The notes under the pieces are model-generated. The model was not told the origin of the DNA and did not search any database. It saw only the letters and a program-made list of their open reading frames with translations. Made by a program: the position numbers and the translations under genes. Below are positions 1 to 9,540 of a stretch of DNA of 64,000 bases, piece by piece (positions within the stretch are counted from its first letter, which is position 1; each line of letters starts with the position of its first letter). Source of the stretch: Deltaproteobacteria bacterium (GTDB lineage: Bacteria; Desulfobacterota; Syntrophia; Syntrophales; Smithellaceae); contig JAPLJP010000089.1 in assembly GCA_026388535.1 (NCBI GenBank), positions 3,865-67,864 of the forward strand, read 5' to 3'.

Positions 1-6
1 TCAAGG

Positions 7-372
7 ATGGTCGGGTCGATATGCATGAAAGAACAGACTTACCGGAAATTGGAAAGGATCACTAGTAGAAACAGGTTTAGAGCCATTTACCAACAGGGGA
101 CGTGGAGAAGTTCTCAACACTTTACAACTATAACATGCAGTAATGCCCAAGGGGCTAAAAGGCTGGGAATCACCGTAACCAAAAAAATTGGAAACGCCGT
201 AAGGAGAAACAGAGTCAAACGGTTAATCAGAGAATTTTTCCGCCTCAATAAGGCCTTGTTTCCCGCCGAACATGACGTTGTCGTCATGGCTAAAAGAAAT
301 ATGCCGACCCTTACTTATCAGCAGGCATGCAAGGAATTGACGGAACTCTTCTCGCGGAAAGCCAACGTATAA
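7..372 (+). CDS. rnpA: Ribonuclease P protein component
   Basis: 121-aa basic protein with the GITVTKKIGNAVRRNRVKRLIRE motif typical of RnpA. It sits immediately upstream of yidD-yidC. The true start may be the ATG at 25. Confidence 0.9.
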   Translation: MVGSICMKEQTYRKLERITSRNRFRAIYQQGTWRSSQHFTTITCSNAQGAKRLGITVTKKIGNAVRRNRVKRLIREFFRLNKALFPAEHDVVVMAKRNMPTLTYQQACKELTELFSRKANV

Positions 373-375
373 TTT

Positions 376-603
376 ATGCTCAGGACAATTTTGGCAAAAT
401 TTTTTGTTTACATAATTCGTTTATACCAAATTTGCGTCTCACCTTTCTTTTTTGCTCCATGCTGTCGCTTCTATCCCTCATGCTCCGAATACGCAATTGA
501 GGCGATAAAGCTGCATGGTCCGGCAAAAGGGTCTTTCATGGGCATAAAAAGAATTCTGCGTTGCCATCCCCTGCATCCCGGCGGTTACGATCCCGTCAAG
601 TAA
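376..603 (+). CDS. yidD: Membrane protein insertion efficiency factor YidD
   Basis: 75 aa containing [11 protein letters not shown] and HPGGYDPV motifs. It occupies the canonical position between rnpA and yidC. Confidence 0.9.
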   Translation: MLRTILAKFFVYIIRLYQICVSPFFFAPCCRFYPSCSEYAIEAIKLHGPAKGSFMGIKRILRCHPLHPGGYDPVK

Positions 604-623
604 AAAATAGGGAGGTTATTTTA

Positions 624-2324
624 ATGGATAAAAGGACAATGCTGGCTGTAGTGCTGTCACTTGCCGTACTGCTGACATATCAGATGTTTTTTGCCAAACC
701 ACCGGCGCCAAGGCAAGCCGCGCCCGCTCAAGTATCAAATCAGGCAAACAAAAATGAGGCGGCAAAGCCATCCGCCGCTCCGGCAACTATGACAGCGCCA
801 AAGCCCGCGGCTAAACCGGCCTTAGCTAAAAAAGAAGCCGCGCCAAAAGATATCCGGGTAGAAACTGAGAATTACACGGCGATATTCTCCACCAGAGGAG
901 CCGCTCTGAAATCGTTTAAACTCAAAGGCTATCAAAAGGAATGTGCAAAATGCGTTGATGACATTTATCCGGCAATTAAAAATTCTTTAACCGGCGCGAA
1001 ACAACCAGCTAAAGAAAAAAATAATGAACCCGTTGAACTTGTCGTGCTTAATGAAAACATGCCTTATCCATTGGCTATTACCTTTCCGGAATCATCCGCC
1101 GAAATTGCCGCCGATTCCGTTTACGATACTGACGTAACAAAGCTGGATATGAAAAACGCTAAAGAGAAACAGCGTTTGGTATTTTCCCGGATTTTTGACG
1201 GCAAAATTAAAGTAGAAAAGATTTTTACTTTCAACCCCGATAACTATTCTATCGCACTGGACGTAAAAGTATCCAACCTTTCAGACACGTCTCTTACCCA
1301 GGTACCGCATCTTAACTGGTATGAGTATGCGGATCCCCAAAAGAAAGTAGATAGTTACAGCAAGGAAGGGCCTGTCGCTTATGTGTCCAAGTCCATCAAA
1401 CGCAAGAAGGTCTCGGATATATCCGCTGATGAAATTATTGGTCCTGACGTTTCCTGGGGCGGATTTGAAAATAAATATTTTATGGCCGTAATAATACCAC
1501 AGAATCCTTCACTGACCAGTGTCAACATGTCCAAAGACAACGGCAACATGGTCACAGTAGGAATAAAAGGAACCAAAAGTATAATCCCGCCGAACCAGTC
1601 CGATTCGTTCAGCTACACACTGTTTATCGGTCCCAAGGATTACATTCTCCTCAAAAAGCAGGGAATATCGCTTGAAGAAGCTATTGAGTTTGATTCGTTT
1701 ATACCTGGATTGAAATGGCTTTCCATTGGCTTGCTGATTTTCATAAAATTTCTGCATCAGTATTTCAGTAATTATGGAGTTGCCATTATTATGCTGACAA
1801 TTCTGATTAAAATTATCTTCTGGCCTCTGGGAAATATAAGCTATAAATCCATGAAAGAAATGCAAAAACTTCAGCCGAAACTAGCTGAGTTAAAAGAGAA
1901 ATACAAAAATGATCAGGCCAAAATCGGTCAGGAAACCATGGCTCTCTACAAAGCGCATAAAGTCAATCCGCTTGGCGGATGTTTGCCGATATTAATTCAG
2001 ATTCCCGTGTTTATCGGCCTTTACAACACGCTTCTTTACGCCATAGAACTGCGCCATTCACCGTTCTTCTGGTGGATTCAGGATTTATCGGCCAAAGATC
2101 CTTATTACATCACGCCGATTATCATGGGCGCGACGCAATTTATTCAGCAGAAAATGACACCCACGGTGGGCGATCCAATGCAGGCGAAGATAATGCTGCT
2201 GATGCCTATAATCTTTACTTTTATATTTCTAAATTTTCCGTCGGGGCTGGTTATTTACTGGTTAGTAAATAATATTTTAAGTATCGGCCAGCAAATCTAC
2301 ATTAATAAAAAAATAGTTAATTGA
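624..2324 (+). CDS. yidC: Membrane protein insertase YidC
   Basis: Start set at ATG 624, preceded by GGGAGG at 609-615. The ORF-track start at 561 overlaps yidD. The protein has an N-terminal TM helix, an Ala/Pro-rich linker, a periplasmic domain, and a C-terminal 60-kDa insertase core (GCLPILIQIPVFIGLY, PSGLVIYW). Confidence 0.92.
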   Translation: MDKRTMLAVVLSLAVLLTYQMFFAKPPAPRQAAPAQVSNQANKNEAAKPSAAPATMTAPKPAAKPALAKKEAAPKDIRVETENYTAIFSTRGAALKSFKLKGYQKECAKCVDDIYPAIKNSLTGAKQPAKEKNNEPVELVVLNENMPYPLAITFPESSAEIAADSVYDTDVTKLDMKNAKEKQRLVFSRIFDGKIKVEKIFTFNPDNYSIALDVKVSNLSDTSLTQVPHLNWYEYADPQKKVDSYSKEGPVAYVSKSIKRKKVSDISADEIIGPDVSWGGFENKYFMAVIIPQNPSLTSVNMSKDNGNMVTVGIKGTKSIIPPNQSDSFSYTLFIGPKDYILLKKQGISLEEAIEFDSFIPGLKWLSIGLLIFIKFLHQYFSNYGVAIIMLTILIKIIFWPLGNISYKSMKEMQKLQPKLAELKEKYKNDQAKIGQETMALYKAHKVNPLGGCLPILIQIPVFIGLYNTLLYAIELRHSPFFWWIQDLSAKDPYYITPIIMGATQFIQQKMTPTVGDPMQAKIMLLMPIIFTFIFLNFPSGLVIYWLVNNILSIGQQIYINKKIVN

Positions 2325-2344
2325 TATATTTACAAGAGGTTGAG

Positions 2345-3208
2345 ATGAGTTCAAATATTTTAGAGATAGAAGAAAAATCAATTGATGATGCCATTGAAAA
2401 GGCCTGCTCTGAATTCGGCGTGCCCAGGGAGAAATTAAATATCGAAATTATCTCCGGAGAATCCGGAGGGTTTTTAGGCTTATTTTCTAAAAAAGCGAAG
2501 ATAAGAGCTTCACTGCTTTCTCTGGATATTGATTTCAGCTTCACTGACAAGCCGAAAACCAAAGATGAAAAAATAAAAACAGAAACAAGAAAAAAACCGG
2601 AAAAAGAGGCCACTACTAAAAAAGATGTCGTTCCTGAAAAAGAAGTCACTCAGGAAAAAAAGATTATTATGGAGAAACCGCAAAAGCAGACAGTGCCAGC
2701 ATCAGCATCATCCGGCGCCAATTCTTCAATGCTGGCGTCAAAAGCAAGGGATCTTCTGGATGGTATTTTGCAAAGAATGTCATCGGAATGCAAAGTCACT
2801 GTAACTGAAACGCCGGAGAAAATAATTCTTAACATTGAAGGCGATAACGGCGGATTGCTTATCGGCAAGCGCGGACAAAATCTCGATGCTCTTCAGTACA
2901 TATTGAACAAAGCAATCAATAAAATTGATATTGAACACAAAATGATCCTGATTGATTCGGGAGAGTACCGAAAAAAAAGAGAGGAATTTCTGCTTGGTTT
3001 AGCGGAAAAAATAAGGGAAAAAGTTAAAAAGACTCTGAAGCCGGTATCGCTTGCTCACATGAACGCTCACGACCGGCGCGTTATTCATCTGGTTCTGCAG
3101 GAAGATGAATCGCTGATCACAAAAAGCCGCGGCGAAGGCAAATTCAGAAAAATCGTTATTCTCCCTGCGAAAGCAGGCAATAACAAACACGCCAGAGAAA
3201 GAAAATAA
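2345..3208 (+). CDS. jag: Jag/KhpB-type RNA-binding protein (Jag-N, KH and R3H domains)
   Basis: The N-terminus (EKSIDDAIEKACSEFGV) matches Jag_N. A Lys/Glu-rich linker follows, then a KH-like GKRGQNLDALQYIL segment and a C-terminal R3H-like region (HDRRVIHLVL). The position after yidC is conserved synteny. Confidence 0.8.
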   Translation: MSSNILEIEEKSIDDAIEKACSEFGVPREKLNIEIISGESGGFLGLFSKKAKIRASLLSLDIDFSFTDKPKTKDEKIKTETRKKPEKEATTKKDVVPEKEVTQEKKIIMEKPQKQTVPASASSGANSSMLASKARDLLDGILQRMSSECKVTVTETPEKIILNIEGDNGGLLIGKRGQNLDALQYILNKAINKIDIEHKMILIDSGEYRKKREEFLLGLAEKIREKVKKTLKPVSLAHMNAHDRRVIHLVLQEDESLITKSRGEGKFRKIVILPAKAGNNKHARERK

Positions 3209-3259
3209 GAATAGTTTTCCAGACGGTTTGACAACTTTTTTAAGAGGAAATTCCCTACT

Positions 3260-4547
3260 GTGCTTCGCCAGGATACAATAGCCGCTTTAGCAACCCCTTT
3301 CGGCACGGCAGGGGTTGGAATAATCCGGATCAGTGGTCCCGAAGCCCTCGAAATCGCGCGGCGCGTTTTTCAACCATCCCAAGGAAATTGTTCGTGGCAA
3401 AGTCATCATTTGTATCACGGCAATATTGTTTCACTCGACGGTAAGACCATCCTCGATGAAGTATTAATATCCTTCATGCGCAAGCCCCGTTCTTTCACGG
3501 GAGAAGATATTATAGAAATCAACTGCCACGGCAGTCCGCTCATTGTCCAGTCCATTCTTACGCAACTAGAGGAATTGGGATGCCGCCTTGCCCGTCCCGG
3601 CGAATTCTCTGAGCGCGCCTTTTTGAATAACCGGATTGATCTATCACAGGCGGAAGCTCTCGCGGCAATGATTTCCGCCAAATCGGCAAAGGCCTGCGCC
3701 ATCGGGCTTGCCCAGTTAAAAGGATCTCTCAGCAAAGAAATAGAAATACTGCGCTCCCTTCTGGTTGACGCGCTGGCGGGGCTTGAGGCGGCCATTGATT
3801 TTACCGAAGATACATCCCCAGAAGAAATTCCGGTATTGCCGCCGCAAATTGACGCGGCGCTGGAACGTATTCAACCTCTTCTAGCGTCATATCACGCGGC
3901 AAAAGCATACACCGAAGGTATTAATGCGGTCATCACCGGCAAACCCAATGTGGGCAAATCAAGCCTGCTCAATACTTTAACAGGCAGGAAAAAAGCGATT
4001 GTTACTGATATTCCGGGAACAACCCGCGATTTAATAACGGATACAATTAATATCGGCGGCATTCCTGTAAATCTGATGGACACCGCCGGAATAAGAGAAC
4101 CGCAAAACTTGATCGAAAAAGAAGGAATCAATCTGGTCTGGGAAAATCTGGCTGACGCTGACATTGTGATTATAATGCTGGACGGCAGTAAACCTTTAAC
4201 AGATGAAGACAAAGTTATTATCGAAAGGAACAAATCCGGCAATATTATTGCCGCGATCAATAAAATCGGGACTGGAAGAACTGAAAAAAACCATCATAGA
4301 TTTATACGGGAGCGAGGACAAAAATACCGGCGAAGTTATGATAACTAATATGCGCCATAAACTGGCCATGGAAAAAGCTTATAAAAGTATTCAGTCGGCA
4401 AAAGAAAGCATCGCTTCCGGCATGTCGCCGGAATTCGCCGCTTTCGATTTGCGCGAGGCTCTGGATAATCTCGATGAAATAACCGGCAAGAAAATCAACG
4501 ATGAAATACTGGATAAGATATTCTCCAGCTTTTGCATCGGCAAGTAA
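3260..4547 (+). pseudogene. mnmE: tRNA modification GTPase MnmE, disrupted by an internal deletion plus frameshift
   Basis: ORF 3260..4348 carries the MnmE N-domain and the G1-G3/G4 region (GKPNVGKSSL, DTAG, NKI). ORF 4203..4547, in another frame, carries the C-terminal helical domain ending in the canonical FCIGK. The two frames meet near 4262-4272. Confidence 0.8.
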
Positions 4548-4636
4548 ATTTAATCTCGCATAACCTTGTTTCGATATCGGAATTAAGCAGGCATCAAAAC
4601 AGCACCAAGTTTAAAAGAAGAGTGGCAAGTAGTATC

Positions 4637-6424
4637 TCAAGGATTAAGTCGAACTTCCGGGAAATCTGGTTTAATCTTAATTTTTTTAGTCTGCTTTTGC
4701 AGTAGCGAACCCAATATAGCAACCTTAATTGCACGCGTTTCAGCGTGATTTGGATCAATCTCTAAGATTCTTTCGCACACCTCGAGAGCTTCTTCATTTC
4801 TATTTTTTTGTCTTAACCATTCTGCAAATTTACTATATGAATCGATATAACTTGAGTCTATTTTGATTGATTTATATAGATGAGTAAAAGCCTCTTTTTT
4901 TCGATCTTGTTGAAAAAGAATTATACCGAGAGCCGCGTGAGCATATGCGCTCTGAGGATTTAGCCGTATATCCTCCGTAAGAGGATATATTGATTCTTCA
5001 GCTCTTCCATTTTTCATATAATAAGTTGCCAGTTTCTCATATGTAAGTGCCCTTTGTTTTGTAAATTTAGGTTCATCTTTGGTTTTTTCTAACATGTATC
5101 GACATAATGTCTCTGTATTATGCCATATTCTCACCTGTTTGTTACTCATGATTCCAAAAATAATCAGAATCGAAATAAGCCCGGGGAAAAGAAAAAAAAG
5201 AAACGACTTTCTCACTGTTACAATCCATCCAGCTAGTAATACTGACCAAATCATGGATACAGACAACGCGTAACGATCTGAGGTATAATGTGGATTTACA
5301 TTCAAGCCTAAGACTGGCAGTAAAATAATTAAATGACATATCCACGCAGCAAGAATATACGGGTATTTATTTTTATACAGCAATATAATAATAGTTCCTC
5401 CAATTATCCCTATGGCACTACAAACAAAAGGCAACGAAAGAGGATCAAATGACAATAGCATACTGTAAACGGGGGAAAGATTAACTGGATACCATGGACG
5501 CCAAACATAATAAGACCATATGTAAAACGCTTGCATGATTCGGTCCAGTAAACCAAATTGCGCTAATGGCACATATTCATGAAGCGGCCTGTCATTGCCT
5601 CCCGTAACTAGTGTTACATTCGCCACAATAACCGCTAAAGAAATAACTATGAATGGAATCTTGTCAAGAATTGCACTACGTACCTCTTGTGATTTCCACC
5701 AGCCATTAACCATAACGATTCGCTTTAAAGGATACACATCAAGAACGACTAAAACTGCAGGAAGAGCTAATGTAACAGGTTGAGATAAAACTGAAGCGCC
5801 ATAGCAGGCTGCTGAAATTATCAACCAATGAAAATATTTCTTTTTATCTTCATTATATCGAAAGTAACCCAAAAGAGATAGAAGCATGAAGAAAATAGCC
5901 TGCACGTGAGCACCAGCCGCCGCGCTGGCTACCGGTTCAACTCTCAACGGGTGAAGTGACCATAATAACACTGCTATCGCTGAAGCAACATCGACGCGCA
6001 ATTGCGTTATTTCCGAATTGCGTTTATTTTCGAGGGATATAATAACCAATTTTCGCACAAAGAAGAAAAGTAGAACAGCATTTGCCGCATGGAATAAAAG
6101 GTTGCCAAGATGGTAAGCAACCGGATTTAACCCCCAGAAGGTATAGGTTATGCACCATCTCAGACCAGTAAGAGGCGTATAAAAACTACTGGAAAAAGTT
6201 TTATCAGTAAAAATTAACCATAAGTTTTGAAGATTCAATATGCCCAGTCTCGGATTCTTAAATATACACCAATCATCATCCCAGAAACGAAAATCCGCAG
6301 TCAGAGCAAAGGCAAATACAGCAAGTGTAATAAAAGCAATACAGATGGATATTATTAATGGACTTATTCTATATGGTAATATTCTACCATTCCTGATAAT
6401 TGAGCCGCTATATTCGGATTTCAT
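4637..6424 (-). CDS. Polytopic membrane protein with C-terminal TPR repeats (PMT/TMTC-like putative GT-C glycosyltransferase)
   Basis: 595 aa with about 10 predicted TM helices and an early-loop DDDW motif. The C-terminal ~150 aa are TPR-like (AYAHAALGIILFQQDRKKEA...). Confidence 0.6.
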   Translation of the reverse strand: MKSEYSGSIIRNGRILPYRISPLIISICIAFITLAVFAFALTADFRFWDDDWCIFKNPRLGILNLQNLWLIFTDKTFSSSFYTPLTGLRWCITYTFWGLNPVAYHLGNLLFHAANAVLLFFFVRKLVIISLENKRNSEITQLRVDVASAIAVLLWSLHPLRVEPVASAAAGAHVQAIFFMLLSLLGYFRYNEDKKKYFHWLIISAACYGASVLSQPVTLALPAVLVVLDVYPLKRIVMVNGWWKSQEVRSAILDKIPFIVISLAVIVANVTLVTGGNDRPLHEYVPLAQFGLLDRIMQAFYIWSYYVWRPWYPVNLSPVYSMLLSFDPLSLPFVCSAIGIIGGTIIILLYKNKYPYILAAWICHLIILLPVLGLNVNPHYTSDRYALSVSMIWSVLLAGWIVTVRKSFLFFLFPGLISILIIFGIMSNKQVRIWHNTETLCRYMLEKTKDEPKFTKQRALTYEKLATYYMKNGRAEESIYPLTEDIRLNPQSAYAHAALGIILFQQDRKKEAFTHLYKSIKIDSSYIDSYSKFAEWLRQKNRNEEALEVCERILEIDPNHAETRAIKVAILGSLLQKQTKKIKIKPDFPEVRLNP

Positions 6425-6580
6425 TCTAATACTCTCTTATACTTGCTATGGTCATAAAAAATCCTGTGCCGATCTTATCTACAGGCAGGGGACAATGTCT
6501 TTTTCTATGTCAATGAAATTATTTTCTCAAGAGATATGTTGTCGCTGTTTGTCTCGAACGTGTAATATTTTGTAAGAATA

Positions 6581-7327
6581 CTATTCCCCACTCAGCCCCT
6601 CAACAAAAGCCAAAACATTTTTACCCAAAACACTGTGATTATAGCCGCCTTCCAGAATACCGAAGCAACCGCCTTTGTTGCGCCGCGCGGTTTCGCTTAC
6701 AAGTTTTCCCATGTATCTGTAATCTTCGGTTTTCAAAAGGCCGCCCCAGTCAGCTTCGTGATTATCAAAACCGGCGGACACGGCAACCATATCAGCATCT
6801 GTTTGCGCTAAATCATTCTGTACATTTTTTAAATATTCATTACGATTGGATGCTGTAGGATTAAGAATCGTTACATACCCTTTGCCGCCCAGAATATTAA
6901 CATTGCCGTCTCCGTAATGCAGATCAAAATCAAGAATGAATGCTTTCTTAATCTTTCCTTCGCTTTTAAGTTGTTCCAATGCTATTGCCATGTTGTTAAA
7001 ATAACAGAAACCCCAGGCGCTGCCGGAAGAAGCGTGATGGCCAGGCGGGCGGATTACAGCAAAACATGGTTCGGTTAAGCCGATTTGCGCCGCTTTAATC
7101 GCGCCTCCGGCGGCAAGCGCCGCAATATCGTAAACACCCTCGCGTTCCACCGAATTCACATGCTCGGAAATATGCACCCTGAGAATATCTTCTCTTGTTG
7201 CCGGATGAGGTGTGACAAAAGTTACCTTGCCGCGCAGGGCTATTTCAATTGCTTGAATTCGTCCGGGGGCGGAAGCGGGATCAGACGAATAAATTTCGTT
7301 ATAATCTTCATGGTAAACGACTTTCAT
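6581..7327 (-). CDS. Histone deacetylase-family (Zn-dependent deacetylase) protein, compact form
   Basis: Contains the PPGHHA, CYFNN, DFDLHYGDGN, GFD and EGGY catalytic and metal-binding motifs within only 248 aa. Confidence 0.8.
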   Translation of the reverse strand: MKVVYHEDYNEIYSSDPASAPGRIQAIEIALRGKVTFVTPHPATREDILRVHISEHVNSVEREGVYDIAALAAGGAIKAAQIGLTEPCFAVIRPPGHHASSGSAWGFCYFNNMAIALEQLKSEGKIKKAFILDFDLHYGDGNVNILGGKGYVTILNPTASNRNEYLKNVQNDLAQTDADMVAVSAGFDNHEADWGGLLKTEDYRYMGKLVSETARRNKGGCFGILEGGYNHSVLGKNVLAFVEGLSGE

Positions 7328-7363
7328 TCAATCCTCCTTTTATTGGCGCTATAATTAATCTGA

Positions 7364-7798
7364 CTATAAGAATCCCAGAGAACGCAAAGCATTAATCGTA
7401 TTTATGGCCACCGGTAATTCGCGTAAATCCGAGGGAGAAAGCCAGCGAGCTTCGAGCGCGTCATCGGCACCCGTGGGTTCGCCGGAAATATAATCAGCCG
7501 AAAAATCAACAATCACAAAATGAAATTTAATTTTTCTTTTATCGTCGCGTTCGATGAAATCAAATACATATACGCAGTCACCTACCTTTATAGTTATGCC
7601 CGTTTCTTCCAAAATTTCACGCGCGGCGCATTCCTGCAAAGTCTCGCCAAGTTTAAGAGTTCCGCCGGGAATCGCCCAAAGTCCTTTGCTTGGTTCTATC
7701 CCGCGCTTTACCAATAGGACTTTCCCGTCTTTTATGGTTATCGCCCCGACTCCGACCCGCGGCGCTACGGGATAAGAATTTACTGATTTTTGGTTCAT
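7364..7798 (-). CDS. NUDIX hydrolase
   Basis: Nudix box GGTLKLGETLQECAAREILEETG. Start set at the ATG (MNQKS...) just after the upstream stop; the longer ORF-track version overlaps the upstream gene. Confidence 0.85.
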   Translation of the reverse strand: MNQKSVNSYPVAPRVGVGAITIKDGKVLLVKRGIEPSKGLWAIPGGTLKLGETLQECAAREILEETGITIKVGDCVYVFDFIERDDKRKIKFHFVIVDFSADYISGEPTGADDALEARWLSPSDLRELPVAINTINALRSLGFL

Positions 7799-7799
7799 T

Positions 7800-8573
7800 C
7801 TACTTTTTCTTCTCCATAACGAAAGAAAAACGACTGGTAATCCAAGGCTCCTTTTGCCCATCAAAAACTTTTTCCACAAATCTGACGCGCCTGTTTTTAC
7901 CGATAAGCAAAATTGTGGAAGAACGGGTTCCGTAAATCGGGCTTTCTATAAATATAGTGGATAAAAGCCTTTCCCATTCCAGGCCGATACCTGTCGAGGG
8001 CAATTTGCTGTCCTGCGGGACACGGCGATCAGCCAGCAGAGAAAACAACTTTTCTTCCAAAGCATCGCCTTTTTTCCCCAGCGCCGCTTTCAGCATCTTT
8101 TTACTTCTTGTAACTTTCGGCCAGGGTGAATTCAACAGATGATTGCTTAAACCATATATTCCTGAATTGAGTTTTTGCTTTTCTCCGCGATTGGAGAAAA
8201 CGAAAAGGTCATTATCATCGCCTAAAAGCAAATTAAAACCGTTGTACTTATAAACCTGTGAAGAAATTTTTTTCAGATAATTATCTGCGTCTTTACTGCC
8301 GGAGATATAACGGCTGACCAGCATGCCGCGCGAAGGAGCGCCGCTTTTTAATGTGGACGGATCGCGATAATTGGTGACGGCGGCAAATTTTCCGTCTCGG
8401 GCTACGCCAAACCAAGTGCCGCCGTTCTTCAAATCTCGACCGGCAAGCACTTGCGGGTGATCTTCCCAGAAATCAGCGGACGATGAAGGCCGTTCGTAAA
8501 ATTCATCACGGTTCGCCGCCAGAATAAGTCTGTATGCAGGATGAACATTATAGGCAATAACTATCAGGCACAT
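7800..8573 (-). CDS. NRDE family protein (TANGO2/DUF833-like)
   Basis: N-terminus MCLIVIAYNVHPAYRLILAANRDEFYERP carries the family-defining N-terminal Cys and NRDE motif. Confidence 0.8.
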   Translation of the reverse strand: MCLIVIAYNVHPAYRLILAANRDEFYERPSSSADFWEDHPQVLAGRDLKNGGTWFGVARDGKFAAVTNYRDPSTLKSGAPSRGMLVSRYISGSKDADNYLKKISSQVYKYNGFNLLLGDDNDLFVFSNRGEKQKLNSGIYGLSNHLLNSPWPKVTRSKKMLKAALGKKGDALEEKLFSLLADRRVPQDSKLPSTGIGLEWERLLSTIFIESPIYGTRSSTILLIGKNRRVRFVEKVFDGQKEPWITSRFSFVMEKKK

Positions 8574-8578
8574 CTTAT

Positions 8579-8700
8579 ACCAACTCTAAATCAAAGCGCT
8601 TTTTTTGTTGGCGTCGTTGTCGGCTTCCTCAACGTATTATCATATACGCTTCGTCGCCTCCGCCTAGCCGCCTCAATATCATCTTTGATTTAGAATTGGT
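8579..8700. repeat. 122-bp intergenic element bounded by 18-nt inverted repeats
   Basis: The left arm is ACCAACTCTAAATCAAAG (8579-8596). The reverse complement of the right arm (8683-8700) is ACCAATTCTAAATCAAAG, giving 17 of 18 matches. Two related CGTCG...CCTCAA segments lie inside. Confidence 0.5.
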
Positions 8701-8769
8701 ATTATAATTTATAATGTTTCTTTATTATATAGGATTCAAAGAGAACATTAAAGGCATTGAACTTATCCT

Positions 8770-9540
8770 CTAACTTTTAATTATTTCCTTTAATCTGGCG
8801 ATTATTCTGGTCATGGTATCACCTGCCGGAGCGTTTATAAACACATCGGCTATATCATCCTGCCCTGTATCCCCCATATTAATAATAACAATTTTTGCAC
8901 CGGATTGTTTGGCGTAAAGCGGCATATAAGCGGCGGGATAAACAACCAGCGAAGAACCTATCACAATAAACAAATCACTCATCTCGGATTCCTTTTGAGC
9001 AGATATCAATGTATCTTGAGGAAGCATTTCGCCGAAGAAAACAACACCGGGCTTGAGAATACCCCGGCATTTTTCACATACCGGGAAAAAATCAGGTGAT
9101 GGATGCTTTTGCCTCATCAGCTCGACAGAATAACGTTCATGACAATCGAGGCAAACCAGCCATTGCATATTGCCGTGCAATTCGTGAACTTTTTTCGGAT
9201 TGTTTCCCGCCCTTTGGTGCAGATTATCAATGTTCTGCGTAATGACCGAACTCAACTTGTTCATTTTTTCCAGTTCGGCTATCGCCAGATGAGCACGATT
9301 GGGCTCTGCATCGAGAAGTGCACCGCCTTCTACAAACAGATACCAGACTTTCTTACGCGTCTCACCTGAACGGAGAAATCTATCAATTGTGAAATCTTCG
9401 GGATCAACATTTGTCCAGAGACCATCCGGGCCGCGGAAATCCGGTATGCCTGATTCCGTGCTGATTCCGGCTCCGGTAAAAACCACCAGTCTTTTCGACG
9501 CTGCGATCATTTCCGCGACTTTATTTATTTTTGCTTCCAT
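8770..9540 (-). CDS. cobB: NAD-dependent protein deacylase (sirtuin, Sir2 family)
   Basis: Contains GAGISTESGIPDFRG, QNIDNLH and HG motifs, plus a Zn ribbon (CLDC...CEKC). Confidence 0.9.
   Translation of the reverse strand: MEAKINKVAEMIAASKRLVVFTGAGISTESGIPDFRGPDGLWTNVDPEDFTIDRFLRSGETRKKVWYLFVEGGALLDAEPNRAHLAIAELEKMNKLSSVITQNIDNLHQRAGNNPKKVHELHGNMQWLVCLDCHERYSVELMRQKHPSPDFFPVCEKCRGILKPGVVFFGEMLPQDTLISAQKESEMSDLFIVIGSSLVVYPAAYMPLYAKQSGAKIVIINMGDTGQDDIADVFINAPAGDTMTRIIARLKEIIKS

Noticed and set aside
561-623. Upstream extension of the yidC ORF (start at 561)
   Set aside because: It overlaps yidD by 43 nt and encodes an Arg/Ser-rich peptide. The ATG at 624 has a GGGAGG SD and begins the expected signal-anchor sequence.
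8770-9540. SIR2-domain protein as an anti-phage effector (Thoeris/DSR-like)
   Set aside because: It has the standard short sirtuin architecture with a Zn ribbon and catalytic His. It lacks extra sensor domains and partner genes, and it sits at the end of a housekeeping operon.
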